Shown in pieces: positions 30,308 to 40,021 of a stretch of DNA of 64,000 bases (its first letter is position 1; the number at the start of each line of letters is the position of its first letter). A program made the position numbers and the translations under genes. The stretch is taken from contig OZ245842.1 of the NCBI GenBank assembly GCA_965228895.1, forward strand, positions 576,001 through 640,000. The letters run 5' to 3'. The stretch is from Alphaproteobacteria bacterium. Its GTDB lineage: Bacteria; Pseudomonadota; Alphaproteobacteria; SP197. The notes beneath the pieces were generated by a model that did no database searches, was not told where the DNA came from, and saw nothing but the letters and a program-made list of their open reading frames with translations.

Positions 30308-31090
30308 CTAGCCGGCAAGCAGGGCCGAGTGCGCGTGCCGTTCACCGCCCAGCGCGCGTGTCGCTTCCTCGGCCATGGAGACGACGGTCGCACCAAACTC
30401 GTTGAAATTGTCCGCCGGCATGGCAGCGTTGTCGGCGGTCAGAACAACGGAGCCGACGGGCTCCGGCTGATCGTGCCAGACCGCGGCCGCGACGCTGTTG
30501 ATGCCCGGCATCGTGCCGCCTTCCGACACCGCGAACTTGCGCTGCCGGATTATGGCCAGTTCACCCCTCAGGGCCTTCAGGCGCGCCGCATCGATCGGCA
30601 CGAGGTCGGGTCGGGTTTTCGTGACGTCGACCAGTTCCTTGAGCGCATCGCCCGGGCGCTGCGCCAGCACGGCCTTGCCGCCGGCGGTCAGCCACACGGG
30701 ATTACGCTGGCCGGGCTCGGCGGTATAGGTGCGGCCGTGGATGCCCTCGACCTTGTCGAGATAGACAATCTCGGGAAAGTCGGCCCAGGTGAAGAACGCG
30801 GTGAAGCCGGAGACCTTGGCGCCGTAACGCAGGATCGGATGCACGTTTCGGCGCAGCTCATGGTGGGCAATGATCGGCGAGCCGAGTTCCCAGAGCTTGA
30901 GTGTCAGACGGTAGCGCGATGTGTTCGGCGCCTTCTCCAAATAGCCTTCGCTCTGCAGGGTCTGGAAGATGCGCTGCACCGCGCTCTTATCCATCTCCAG
31001 CTCGCGGGCCGTGTCGGAGATACCGCGCGGATGGTCGGATCGCGACAAACACTCGATAACCCGCAGGCTTTTGCGCAGGGTACTGCTCAT
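30308..31090 (-). CDS. IclR family transcriptional regulator
   Basis: STLRKSLRVIECL HTH, YRLTLKLWELG, TAGGKAVLA, SVAAAV; start MSSTL. Confidence 0.92.
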   Translation of the reverse strand: MSSTLRKSLRVIECLSRSDHPRGISDTARELEMDKSAVQRIFQTLQSEGYLEKAPNTSRYRLTLKLWELGSPIIAHHELRRNVHPILRYGAKVSGFTAFFTWADFPEIVYLDKVEGIHGRTYTAEPGQRNPVWLTAGGKAVLAQRPGDALKELVDVTKTRPDLVPIDAARLKALRGELAIIRQRKFAVSEGGTMPGINSVAAAVWHDQPEPVGSVVLTADNAAMPADNFNEFGATVVSMAEEATRALGGERHAHSALLAG

Positions 31091-31228
31091 GGCGGCCCAA
31101 TCAGGCGGTGAAAACTGCTTAATCGCATCATTATTCGATACATTTGCCAAAACGGCAACGAAGCGCCGACTCTGAGGGCCCGGCCGTTGTGTAAAACTCT
31201 CGACGTTGGTCATTTATCGATATAACAG

Positions 31229-31241
31229 ATCGATATACGAT
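31229..31241. promoter_or_regulatory. putative IclR operator
   Basis: ATCG-ATATA-CGAT between the divergent iclR and FAD oxidoreductase genes. Confidence 0.55.
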
Positions 31242-31258
31242 GCGTTCGGATAGGCTCG

Positions 31259-32434
31259 ATGCAGACCGACTATGATGTCGCGATTATCGGTGGCGCCCTG
31301 ACCGGCAGCAGCACCGCCTACCACCTGCTGGCGCGCGAGCCCGGTCTCCGGGTCTGTGTCATCGAACGCGATCCCAGTTACGAGCTGGCGGCATCCGCGC
31401 GATCCAACGCGGGCGTCAGGATCCTGTTTTCACAGCCCGAGAACCTTCTGATGTCGCGTTACGGGCACGCGTTCTATGCCGGCTTCGGCGAGCTGATGGC
31501 GGTCGACGGCGAACGGCCGGACCTCGACATCTATCGCCACGGTTATCTGTTCATCGCGAACGATGCGGAACAGGCCGACGACATGGAGCTTAACCACACG
31601 TTCCAGACGTCAATGGATTGCGACGTCCAGTTGCTCGATGCCGACGGCGTCAGGAATCGCTGGCCGTCCCTGACCGCCGACGACATCGTCTGTGCCGCCT
31701 TTTCGCCGGGCGACGGATGGATCGATCCGCATGGCGCGCTCTCGGGACTGCGCCGCAAGGCCCGCTCGCTCGGTGCGACCTATGTGACCGGCAACGTCGC
31801 CGGTCTCGATCTTGAGAACCGAAAGGTGACACGTGTGCGTCTCGGTGATGGTGAAACGATCGCCGGCGACTGGGTCGTCAACGCGACAGGTGCTTGGGCG
31901 CGCGACATCTGCGCCATGATCGGCATGACCATTCCGGTCGAGCCGCTGTCGCGCATGGTGTTTTTCTTCCAATCGCAGGTTCAGCCCGAACAACTGCCCT
32001 TCACGCGCGACGGTCTGGGCGTCGGATTCCGGCCGGAAGGCAACGGCTTCATCAGCGGTATCACCAACTATGACACGGCGGGGTCATTCTGTTTCGACGT
32101 TCAGCACAGCTATTTCGATGAGGTCGTGTGGCCAAAGCTTGCGCATCGCGTGCCGTTGTTCGAGGCGATACGGGTACATAATGCCTGGGCCGGCCACTAC
32201 GCCCAGAACACGTTCGACGGCAACATGATCATCGGCCCCTGGTCCGGGCATGCGGATAACTTCCTGCTGGCGACCGGCTATTCCGGTCACGGCCTGCAGC
32301 ACACGCCGGCGGTCGGCCGGGCGCTTGCCGAATTGATCCTGGATGGCGGCTACCAGACCATCGATCTTGAGCCACTCAGCTTTCAGCGCGTCGTCGACGG
32401 CAAACCTTATCCGGAGCGGGGCGTCAAAGCCTGA
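31259..32434 (+). CDS. FAD-dependent oxidoreductase (DAO/sarcosine oxidase beta/FOXRED1-like)
   Basis: IIGGALTG, GYLF, DGWIDP, NATGAW, WAGHY, GYSGHGLQ. Confidence 0.9.
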   Translation: MQTDYDVAIIGGALTGSSTAYHLLAREPGLRVCVIERDPSYELAASARSNAGVRILFSQPENLLMSRYGHAFYAGFGELMAVDGERPDLDIYRHGYLFIANDAEQADDMELNHTFQTSMDCDVQLLDADGVRNRWPSLTADDIVCAAFSPGDGWIDPHGALSGLRRKARSLGATYVTGNVAGLDLENRKVTRVRLGDGETIAGDWVVNATGAWARDICAMIGMTIPVEPLSRMVFFFQSQVQPEQLPFTRDGLGVGFRPEGNGFISGITNYDTAGSFCFDVQHSYFDEVVWPKLAHRVPLFEAIRVHNAWAGHYAQNTFDGNMIIGPWSGHADNFLLATGYSGHGLQHTPAVGRALAELILDGGYQTIDLEPLSFQRVVDGKPYPERGVKA

Positions 32435-32439
32435 GACGT

Positions 32440-32577
32440 TAGAGCGGATTCTGTTTTGATGGGATCGCTTCGCGATAGCATCAAGCTAGGTGAGTCTGCT
32501 CTACTCATAGATGGAGAGCGGATTCACGTGGTTAGGTGGAATCGTAAACCGGTTCCACCTAACCACGATCCGCTTTA
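32440..32577. repeat. double-hairpin palindromic element (alphaproteobacterial RIME/CIR/Bru-RS-like)
   Basis: TAGAGCGGATTC..GAGTCTGCTCTA, then AGAGCGGAT..ATCCGCTTTA enclosing a perfect 15-bp stem (32527-32541 / 32553-32567). Confidence 0.7.
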
Positions 32578-34188
32578 CCGCGCCCAGTCGCCCGCACCTT
32601 CGCCGACCTCGATCAACGTCGGTCCCTGGCGCGCGGCGGCTGCGGTGACGCTTTCCGCCAACCCGCCCAAACTCTCGACGCGTTCGGCGTGCCAGTGATA
32701 GGCGCGGGCCAACCCCAGGAAGTCGGGATTGAGGCCGGTGATCTCCACCGGCTCGATGTCGTCGCCCGCCATGGCGTCGCGGATCTCGCCGAGCGCCTGG
32801 TTGTTCCACAGAATCTGGATGATGGGCAGTTTGAGCTCTGCCGCGACGCCCATTTCCTGACAGGTGAACTGGAAACCGCAATCGCCGGCGATCGAGACGA
32901 CCGGCGCGCCAGACCGTCCGAGGCTCGCACCGATGGCGGCCGGGAGCGCGAATCCAAGCGTCGCGTAAGCAGCCGGATGCAGCCAGGAGCGCGGATGGCG
33001 TCGGTTGAAGGTCACGTTGGCGGTATAGGCAAGCTGGGTCATGTCGCCGACAAAGATGGTGTCGTCGGGCAGTGTGGCACCCAGGGTTTCCATGACCGCG
33101 CGGTGTTCGGGCGCGCGCTTGCCGCCAAAGCGCTCGGTCTCGGCGCGTAACGCACGGACCTCGCCGAGCATGGTTGTCCTATCTGTGCGGGCGGCAGAGT
33201 CGTTCCCGAGCGCGTGCAACAGATCGTCGAGTGCCTGTTCGGCATCGGCTGTGATGGCGATATCGGCGGGATAGAAGTCGTTCATCTTGCGCGGATCGAT
33301 ATCGATGCGGATGAGTTTGCCGCCGAATGTCAGGCGCTGGTTCGACGAATCGACATTCGAGAGTTCCGTGCCGACGGCCAACACCACATCGGCCTTGGCG
33401 ACGAAGTCGCGCACGGGGGCCAGACACAAGGTGGCGCCAAGCGCCAGCGGCTCGTCTTCGGGGACGATACCTTTGCCGGCGAAGGATGTCGCGACCGGCG
33501 CGCCCAACAGGTCGGCCAGCTTGCGGACGGCTCCGGCAGCATCGCTAACGCCGCCGCCGGCCAGGATAACCGGGCGCGTTGCTGAGGCCAGCATGGCGGC
33601 GGCTTGCTGGATGAGGTCGCGGTTGGCACCCGGTCGGGCGACGGTTGTGGCGGCCTGCCATCGCTCGGAGACCGGTTCGGCCAGGACGTCGCGCGGGATC
33701 TCGATATGCACCGGTCGTGGCCGGCCGGACATCATGACGGTCCACGCCTGCGCCATCAGTTCGGGCACATCGTCGGGCGTCATCGCGGTGCCGGTGAAAG
33801 CGGTCATCTGTTCGGTTATCCGGTTTTGGTTGGGGACTTCGTGAAAGGGACCCCATCCCTTGCCGATCTCGCGCCTTAAGTTGTGTGAACTCACGACCAT
33901 CATCGGCTGGGAGTCCGAATAGGCCTGGGCGATCGGTGTTGCCGCGTTGGTGACGCCGGGTCCGGTGATCAGGAGGCAGGCGGCGGGCTTCCCGGTCGCC
34001 CGCGCGTAGCCGTCCGCCATGAAACCCGCGCCCTGTTCGTGACGCGTCAGAACGTGCCGTAACCGACGCTCGCCGAGGCCACGATAGAACTCGATGGTGT
34101 GGACACCGGGAATGCCGAAGGCGGTATCGATCCCATAGTCCTCGAGCAGGGCGACGGTCGCTTGGCCGCAGGTCATGACGTTCGACAT
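32575..34188 (-). CDS. TPP-dependent decarboxylase, 5-guanidino-2-oxopentanoate decarboxylase (AruI)-like
   Basis: FGIPGVHT, RHEQGAGFMADG, GDMTQLAY, GDCG..NN TPP motif; start MSNVMTCG. Confidence 0.88.
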   Translation of the reverse strand: MSNVMTCGQATVALLEDYGIDTAFGIPGVHTIEFYRGLGERRLRHVLTRHEQGAGFMADGYARATGKPAACLLITGPGVTNAATPIAQAYSDSQPMMVVSSHNLRREIGKGWGPFHEVPNQNRITEQMTAFTGTAMTPDDVPELMAQAWTVMMSGRPRPVHIEIPRDVLAEPVSERWQAATTVARPGANRDLIQQAAAMLASATRPVILAGGGVSDAAGAVRKLADLLGAPVATSFAGKGIVPEDEPLALGATLCLAPVRDFVAKADVVLAVGTELSNVDSSNQRLTFGGKLIRIDIDPRKMNDFYPADIAITADAEQALDDLLHALGNDSAARTDRTTMLGEVRALRAETERFGGKRAPEHRAVMETLGATLPDDTIFVGDMTQLAYTANVTFNRRHPRSWLHPAAYATLGFALPAAIGASLGRSGAPVVSIAGDCGFQFTCQEMGVAAELKLPIIQILWNNQALGEIRDAMAGDDIEPVEITGLNPDFLGLARAYHWHAERVESLGGLAESVTAAAARQGPTLIEVGEGAGDWAR

Positions 34189-34323
34189 GGTGTTGCGTTC
34201 CCCTGAAACCCCGACGTGGCAAAACGCGCTGGCTGTCGGCGTTAGAAGCCGCCGCGCCGCGGCCATTCTTCTTGACAAGAGACAGCGCGAATTGCAATTC
34301 TAAATCACATAGTACGTCGTTAT

Positions 34324-34336
34324 ATCGTAAAATGAT
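34324..34336. promoter_or_regulatory. putative IclR operator
   Basis: ATCG-TAAAA-TGAT(ACG) in the AT-rich divergent promoter of the CoA operon; TTGACA at 34272-34277. Confidence 0.45.
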
Positions 34337-34405
34337 ACGTTCGCAGGGTGTCGACTGGATGAACCGATGCTGCCCATGACCGCCGCCTCAGGCGAAGACA
34401 CCGGT

Positions 34406-35563
34406 ATGGCGGGTGCGTGGCAGTTGCCGGATGAACTGGTGCTGCTGCGCGACACCATCCGGCGCTTCATGCGCGAGGAGGTGCGCCCGGTCGAGGAGCG
34501 CCAGCCCCACGACGCCTTCAAGCTGCCGGATGTCGATCTCGCCCGCCTGCAGGCCCGCGCGCGCGAGATGGGCATGTGGTGTTTTGCCTCGCCCGCCGAA
34601 CATGGCGGCGGCGGTTTGGATCTCCTGGCTCAGGTTGTTGTCGCCGAGGAAGCCGCCAAGTGCCGCATGGGCGCTTATGTGCCGGCCTGCGGTGCGTTCG
34701 GCATCGATCCGCCCAGCGTTATCTGGCTTGGCACACCGGACCAAGTTGCGCGTTATGGCGCACCGGCGATTGAACGCGGGCAGAAGTGTTTTGTCGCGAT
34801 CTCCGAAGCATCCGGCGGGTCCGACCCCGCACGCTCGATCCGCACCCGTGCGACACTTAAGGGCGACCGCTACGTCATCAACGGTACGAAGATGTGGATC
34901 ACCGCCGCTGCCGAGGCCGAATGGGGTATCGTCTTCGCGCGCACTGGGGATGCCGGCGATCGCGGCGGCATCACCGCCTTCATCGTCGACCGGTCGATGA
35001 AGGGTCTGTCCACCAAGGAGATCCCTGTCATCCGGTCCTATTCGCCGTTCGAGGTGCACCTGGAGGACGTCGAGGTGCCGGTCGAAAACCGATTGGGCGA
35101 GGAGGGCAAGGGGTTTGAGATCTGCCAGAAGTGGCTGGTCCATGCCCGCGTGCCCTATGCCGCCGCCGTCATCGGCATCGCCCAGGAAGCGCTGGAGATG
35201 GCGATCGACTGGGTGCGCCAGCGCGACTCCTTCAAGTCGCTGTTGGCCGACAAACAGGCGATCCAGTGGATGGTCGCCGATTCCGAAATGGAGCTGCGCG
35301 CCGCGCGCCTCCTGACCTATCAGGCGGCCTGGCAGGCCATGCTGGGGAACGACATCAAGATCGATGCGTCGATCGCCAAGGTCTACGCGACGGAAGCGGC
35401 GGGCCGCGTCATCGACCGCTGTGTCCAGATGTTCGGCGCCATGGGTGTCGCCAAGGAACTGCCGATCGAGCGCTGGTATCGCGAGCTGCGCATCAAACGC
35501 ATCGGCGAAGGTCCGTCCGAAGTCCAGCGCATGGTGCTGGCGCGCCATCTGCTGAAGGGCTGA
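34406..35563 (+). CDS. acyl-CoA dehydrogenase
   Basis: AISEASGGSD, NGTKMWIT, QMFGAMG, RIGEGPSE with catalytic Glu. Confidence 0.93.
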   Translation: MAGAWQLPDELVLLRDTIRRFMREEVRPVEERQPHDAFKLPDVDLARLQARAREMGMWCFASPAEHGGGGLDLLAQVVVAEEAAKCRMGAYVPACGAFGIDPPSVIWLGTPDQVARYGAPAIERGQKCFVAISEASGGSDPARSIRTRATLKGDRYVINGTKMWITAAAEAEWGIVFARTGDAGDRGGITAFIVDRSMKGLSTKEIPVIRSYSPFEVHLEDVEVPVENRLGEEGKGFEICQKWLVHARVPYAAAVIGIAQEALEMAIDWVRQRDSFKSLLADKQAIQWMVADSEMELRAARLLTYQAAWQAMLGNDIKIDASIAKVYATEAAGRVIDRCVQMFGAMGVAKELPIERWYRELRIKRIGEGPSEVQRMVLARHLLKG

Positions 35564-35567
35564 GGCG

Positions 35568-36341
35568 ATGGCGATCGACTTCGACCTCGACGACGGTGTC
35601 GCCGTCATCACCATCAATCGGCCGGAGCGGCGCAACGCGCTGGACGCCGAACACTACGAAATGTTGTCGGCGGCATGGCAGCGCGTGCGCGACGACGATG
35701 CTATCCGTGTCGCCGTCATCACCGGGGCCGGCGACAAGGCGTTCTGCGCCGGCGCCGACATCAAGTCGTTTGTCGGGCGCGACGTCGAGCTGGTCGAGCT
35801 GTGGCTGACCCAGAAAAACCAGCTCCTTAATCGCGGTCTTGAGGTTTGGAAACCGGTTATCGCCGCGGTCAACGGATTCTGCGTCGGCGGCGGCATGACG
35901 TTGATGCTGGCGACAGACATTCGCGTGGCCTCCGATAACGCCGTCTTTTCGCTTGCCGAGGTCAAGCGCGGCATTATCGCCGCCAACGGCGGCACCCAGC
36001 GGATCATGCAGCAGATGCCCTATGCCATCGCGATGGAGATGCTCCTGACCGGCGACAGCATCGATGCGGAGCAGGCCGAACGTTGGGGTCTGGTCAACCG
36101 GGTCGTCGCACCCGATGACCTGATGGCAACGGCACGGGACTACGCGCGGCGCGTCGGTGAGAACGCGCCGCTTGCGCTGCAGGCGGCCAAGGAACTCGCC
36201 ATCCGGTCGGGCGATATGGATCTCACGACCGGGCTGCGCATGGAGCAGCTCGTCAACCGCATCCTCCATGCGTCTGAAGACACGAAGACGGCGAAGGAAG
36301 CCTTCGCCGAGAAACGCAAACCGACCTTCAAGGGGCGTTGA
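35568..36341 (+). CDS. enoyl-CoA hydratase/isomerase
   Basis: NRPERRNAL, FCAGADI, AAVNGFCVGGG, AEVKRG. Confidence 0.93.
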   Translation: MAIDFDLDDGVAVITINRPERRNALDAEHYEMLSAAWQRVRDDDAIRVAVITGAGDKAFCAGADIKSFVGRDVELVELWLTQKNQLLNRGLEVWKPVIAAVNGFCVGGGMTLMLATDIRVASDNAVFSLAEVKRGIIAANGGTQRIMQQMPYAIAMEMLLTGDSIDAEQAERWGLVNRVVAPDDLMATARDYARRVGENAPLALQAAKELAIRSGDMDLTTGLRMEQLVNRILHASEDTKTAKEAFAEKRKPTFKGR

Positions 36342-36347
36342 CACGTC

Positions 36348-37550
36348 GTGGCCGAGACACTTCCCATGCCCCTGGAAGGCGTGACCGTCCTGGATCTGAC
36401 GCAGATCTATAACGGCTCCTACGCGACGTTCCTGATGGCGATGGCCGGCGCCGACGTGATCAAGGTCGAGCCGCCCGGCGGCGAGTTCCTGCGCCGACGT
36501 GACGCGCGTTCCGGTGCGGCCGTGCCGTTTGCCATGCTGAACGCCAACAAACGTTCGATCTCACTCAACTTGAAGTCGGAGAAGGGTCGCGACCTCTTCA
36601 TGCAGCTTGTGGCCGAGGCCGATGTGGTCGCCGAAAACTATGCGCCCGGTGTCATGGATCGTCTTGGCGTCGGCCCCGGCGTGCTGCGAGCGGCCAACCC
36701 GCGTCTGATCGTGGCGTCGGGCTCGGGCTACGGCCAATCGGGCCGCTACCGCGACTTTCCGGCCATGGACCTGACCGTGCAGGCGATGTCCGGCGTCATG
36801 AGCGTCACCGGCTTTGCCGACAATCCGCCGGTCAAGTCCGGCGCGGCGCTGTGCGACTTCTTCGGCGGCGTCCATCTCTACGGCGCCATCATGACCGCGC
36901 TATATCGCCGCGAACAGACCGGTAAGGGGGCGGCCATCGACGTCGCCATGCTGGATGCGGTTTATGCCTCGCTGGCGTCAAGCATCGGCATGACCTATGG
37001 CGAGCGCAACGATATCCCGTCGCGCACCGGCAACCGCCACGGTGGCCTGTCGCTCTGTCCCTATAACGTCTACCCGGCGGTGGACGGTTTCATCGCCGTC
37101 ATCTGCAACAACGACAAACACTGGCAGTCGCTGCTTGGCGCGATGGGTCGTGGCGATCTCAAGACTTGCGAACACTTGTCGACGACACGGGGACGCGTCG
37201 CCCACATGGAGGAGGTCGATTCCCTTGTCGGCCGGTGGACCGCGACGATGACCCGTGCCGCGTTATTCGATCATCTGATCGCCCATCGCGTGCCCTGCGC
37301 GCCCGTCCGCGAACTCGCCGAAGTCATGGCTGATGAGCACATGCACGAACGCGGCATGCTGCTGGAGATCGACCATCCGGACTTCGGCCCGATCACGGTC
37401 TGCCGCAGCCCGTTGCAGTTCGAGGGCCATACCCAGGCCGCCTACAAGCCAAGCCCGGCCTATGGTGCCGACAACGCCGCAATCTATGGCGACTTGTTGG
37501 GTTTGGATGACGACGAACGCGTCGCGCTTGCCGACAGCGGTGTCATCTGA
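36348..37550 (+). CDS. family III CoA transferase (CaiB/BaiF)
   Basis: GADVIKVEPP, NANKRSI, ENYAPG, PAMDLTVQAMSG. Confidence 0.93.
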   Translation: MAETLPMPLEGVTVLDLTQIYNGSYATFLMAMAGADVIKVEPPGGEFLRRRDARSGAAVPFAMLNANKRSISLNLKSEKGRDLFMQLVAEADVVAENYAPGVMDRLGVGPGVLRAANPRLIVASGSGYGQSGRYRDFPAMDLTVQAMSGVMSVTGFADNPPVKSGAALCDFFGGVHLYGAIMTALYRREQTGKGAAIDVAMLDAVYASLASSIGMTYGERNDIPSRTGNRHGGLSLCPYNVYPAVDGFIAVICNNDKHWQSLLGAMGRGDLKTCEHLSTTRGRVAHMEEVDSLVGRWTATMTRAALFDHLIAHRVPCAPVRELAEVMADEHMHERGMLLEIDHPDFGPITVCRSPLQFEGHTQAAYKPSPAYGADNAAIYGDLLGLDDDERVALADSGVI

Positions 37551-38680
37551 TGCGCGGCAGGGCGGTCATCGCCGGTGTCGGGCACACGACCTATGGCAAA
37601 CATCCCGGCCGCGATCGGATCAGCCTGATCGTCGAGGCGTGCCGCAACGCGCTTCACGATGCCGGCATCGAGAAGGACATCGTCGACGGCGTCCTGGTCA
37701 AAATGGCGAACGCGGAACCGTCGATCCTCTACGGCCAGAAGGTCGCCGAGGCGCTTGGTCTGCAGCCGCGCGTCGGTGCGTCGCTCGACCAGGGTGGCGC
37801 CGCGAACATCGCGCTTATCTCCTATGCGGCGATGGCGATCGATGCCGGTCTGATGGAGATCGCGCTCGTGTGCTATGGCGACACGCCGCGCACCGGCAGC
37901 CGGCAGGTCTATCACCGCCCGCGCGGCGATGACGCGGTTTATGGCTGGTACGCGACGGCCGCCGGCTACGCCATGATCCATCAGGCCTATGCCCAGAAAC
38001 ACGACAGTCGGCCCGAACACTTCGGCGCCGTCGCCGTGCAGTGCCGCGCCAACGGGGCGGAGAACCCACACGGGCACCTCAAGAAACCGATCAAGCTCGA
38101 TGACTACATGGAATCGCCGCTGCTGATCGAACCCCTGCGCCGCGACGACTGTTGTCTGGTGTCCGATGGCGGCGCGGCGGTGGTCGTGATGAGCGCCCAG
38201 CGCGCGAAGCAGTTGGGCATCGATAACGCTGTGCCGGTGTTAGGTTTTGGGCAGGGCCAGGAATCCTGGGACGTCCACCTGCGCCCCAACCTGACCGAGA
38301 CGTCGGCCGCCGCCTCGGCTGACACGGCGTTCAAGATGGCCGGGCTCGCGCCGACCGACATCGATGTCGCGCAACTCTATGACTGCTTCACGGTCACCGT
38401 GCTGTTGACGCTTGAAGATTATGGTTTGGCGAAACGCGGTCAGGCCGGACCTATGGCGGCCCAGGGCGCGCTCGCGCTTGACGGCTCGTTGCCGCTGAAC
38501 ACGTCCGGCGGCCTGTTGTCAGAATCCGGTACGCCGGGCCTGCAACTTGTCATCGAGGGTGTGCGCCAGATGCGTGGCGACGCGCGGCTCCAGGTCAAGG
38601 GCGCGCAGACCTGCATTGTCTCCAACCAGGGCGGCAGCATGCACACCCACGCCACGATGATCCTGGGCAACCCGTCATGA
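37550..38680 (+). CDS. SCP-x/Ltp2-type thiolase-superfamily protein
   Basis: DCCLVSDGG, AQLYDCFT, NTSGGLLS, EGVRQMRG. Confidence 0.88.
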   Translation: MRGRAVIAGVGHTTYGKHPGRDRISLIVEACRNALHDAGIEKDIVDGVLVKMANAEPSILYGQKVAEALGLQPRVGASLDQGGAANIALISYAAMAIDAGLMEIALVCYGDTPRTGSRQVYHRPRGDDAVYGWYATAAGYAMIHQAYAQKHDSRPEHFGAVAVQCRANGAENPHGHLKKPIKLDDYMESPLLIEPLRRDDCCLVSDGGAAVVVMSAQRAKQLGIDNAVPVLGFGQGQESWDVHLRPNLTETSAAASADTAFKMAGLAPTDIDVAQLYDCFTVTVLLTLEDYGLAKRGQAGPMAAQGALALDGSLPLNTSGGLLSESGTPGLQLVIEGVRQMRGDARLQVKGAQTCIVSNQGGSMHTHATMILGNPS

Positions 38681-39093
38681 GTTTCCCGGCACCCGAGATC
38701 AATGACCTCAACCGTCCCTATTGGGACGGGCTGGCGGCAGGTGAGTTACGCCACCAGCATTGCTCGAGCTGCGGTAACAACTGGCTGCCGGCGCGTGATG
38801 CCTGCCCCACCTGTCTTGCGCCAGATCCCGCCTGGAAACCGGCGAGCGGCCGCGGCCATGTCGTGAGCTGGGTCGTCTATCACAAGGCCTATCACGACGC
38901 GTTCGCCGACCGCATTCCCTATGACGTCACGCTGGTCGAACTCGACGAAGGGCCGCGCCTTCTCACCAACGTCGTCGACAGCGACGCCGGCCGCGCGCTT
39001 TTCGTCGGCGCTCCGGTCGAACTTGCAATCGAGCGGGAATGCGATCTGGCGCTGGCGCGGTTCCGCCTGGCGCGGGACGGGGGCGCGGCATGA
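38677..39093 (+). CDS. DUF35 Zn-ribbon/OB-fold protein
   Basis: PYWDG..CSSCG..CPTC, VELDEGPR; overlaps the thiolase stop. Confidence 0.9.
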   Translation: MSFPAPEINDLNRPYWDGLAAGELRHQHCSSCGNNWLPARDACPTCLAPDPAWKPASGRGHVVSWVVYHKAYHDAFADRIPYDVTLVELDEGPRLLTNVVDSDAGRALFVGAPVELAIERECDLALARFRLARDGGAA

Positions 39094-40010
39094 GTAGCGA
39101 ACCCCTGATCGTCGTCAACGGCGACCTCGTGCCCTACGGCCAAGCGACCGCGCATGTCATGTCGCCGGCCATGCGCTATGGCCTCAATGTCTTCGAGGGT
39201 CTGCGTGCCTACTGGAACGCTGACGATAGCGAGCTCTACGTTTTCCGGCTCCAGGAACATTTGGATCGTCTCGACCAGTCGATGAAACTGCTGCGTTTTG
39301 CGCCGACCTTTGAGGTCGCGGAACTGGGTCCGCAACTGCTTGATTTGCTGCGCGCCAACGGGATCAAAGATGCCTGCCATATTCGGATGAGCGCCTATCT
39401 GGACGGCGATGGCGAGCACCATGTGACCGGTCCCGTCAGCTATTTCATTGCCAGTAAGGTCCGGCCGCGTTCGGAGAAGACGGCGACCGGTATTCGCTGC
39501 GCCGTCTCGTCTTGGGTCCGCATGGCCGATTCCGCCATGCCGCCGCGTATCAAGTGCGGCGCCAACTACGTCAACGCACGCCTGGCCCGCTTTCAGGCGC
39601 TGCATGACGGCTATGACGATGCGCTGCTGCTGAACGAAAACGGCAAGGTCGGCGAGGGGCCGGGCGCCTGCGTTTTCCTGATGCGTCGCGGTCAACTCGT
39701 TACGCCGGACATCACCAGCGGTATCCTGGAAAGTATAACACGCGACACCATGATCAGGCTGGCGCGAGAGCTTGGCTTTGATGTTGTCGAACGCATGGTC
39801 GACCGCACGGAGCTCTATGCCGCCGATGAGATGTTCGTCGCCGGATCGGCTGCCGAGATCCTGCCGGTGGTCAGTGTTGACGGCATTGAACTCGGCGATG
39901 GTGGCGTTGGATCGGCGACCAAAACGCTCCAGGCCGCCTACTTTGCCGCCGTGACTGGAGACAGCCATCGCGACAAGGGCTGGCTGACTCCGGTCTACGG
40001 CAGCGCCTGA
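39090..40010 (+). CDS. class IV (branched-chain-type) aminotransferase
   Basis: YGLNVFEGLR, IKCGANY, EGPGA, ILESITR, ADEMF. Confidence 0.92.
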   Translation: MSSEPLIVVNGDLVPYGQATAHVMSPAMRYGLNVFEGLRAYWNADDSELYVFRLQEHLDRLDQSMKLLRFAPTFEVAELGPQLLDLLRANGIKDACHIRMSAYLDGDGEHHVTGPVSYFIASKVRPRSEKTATGIRCAVSSWVRMADSAMPPRIKCGANYVNARLARFQALHDGYDDALLLNENGKVGEGPGACVFLMRRGQLVTPDITSGILESITRDTMIRLARELGFDVVERMVDRTELYAADEMFVAGSAAEILPVVSVDGIELGDGGVGSATKTLQAAYFAAVTGDSHRDKGWLTPVYGSA

Positions 40011-40021
40011 GGCGCATCGGC

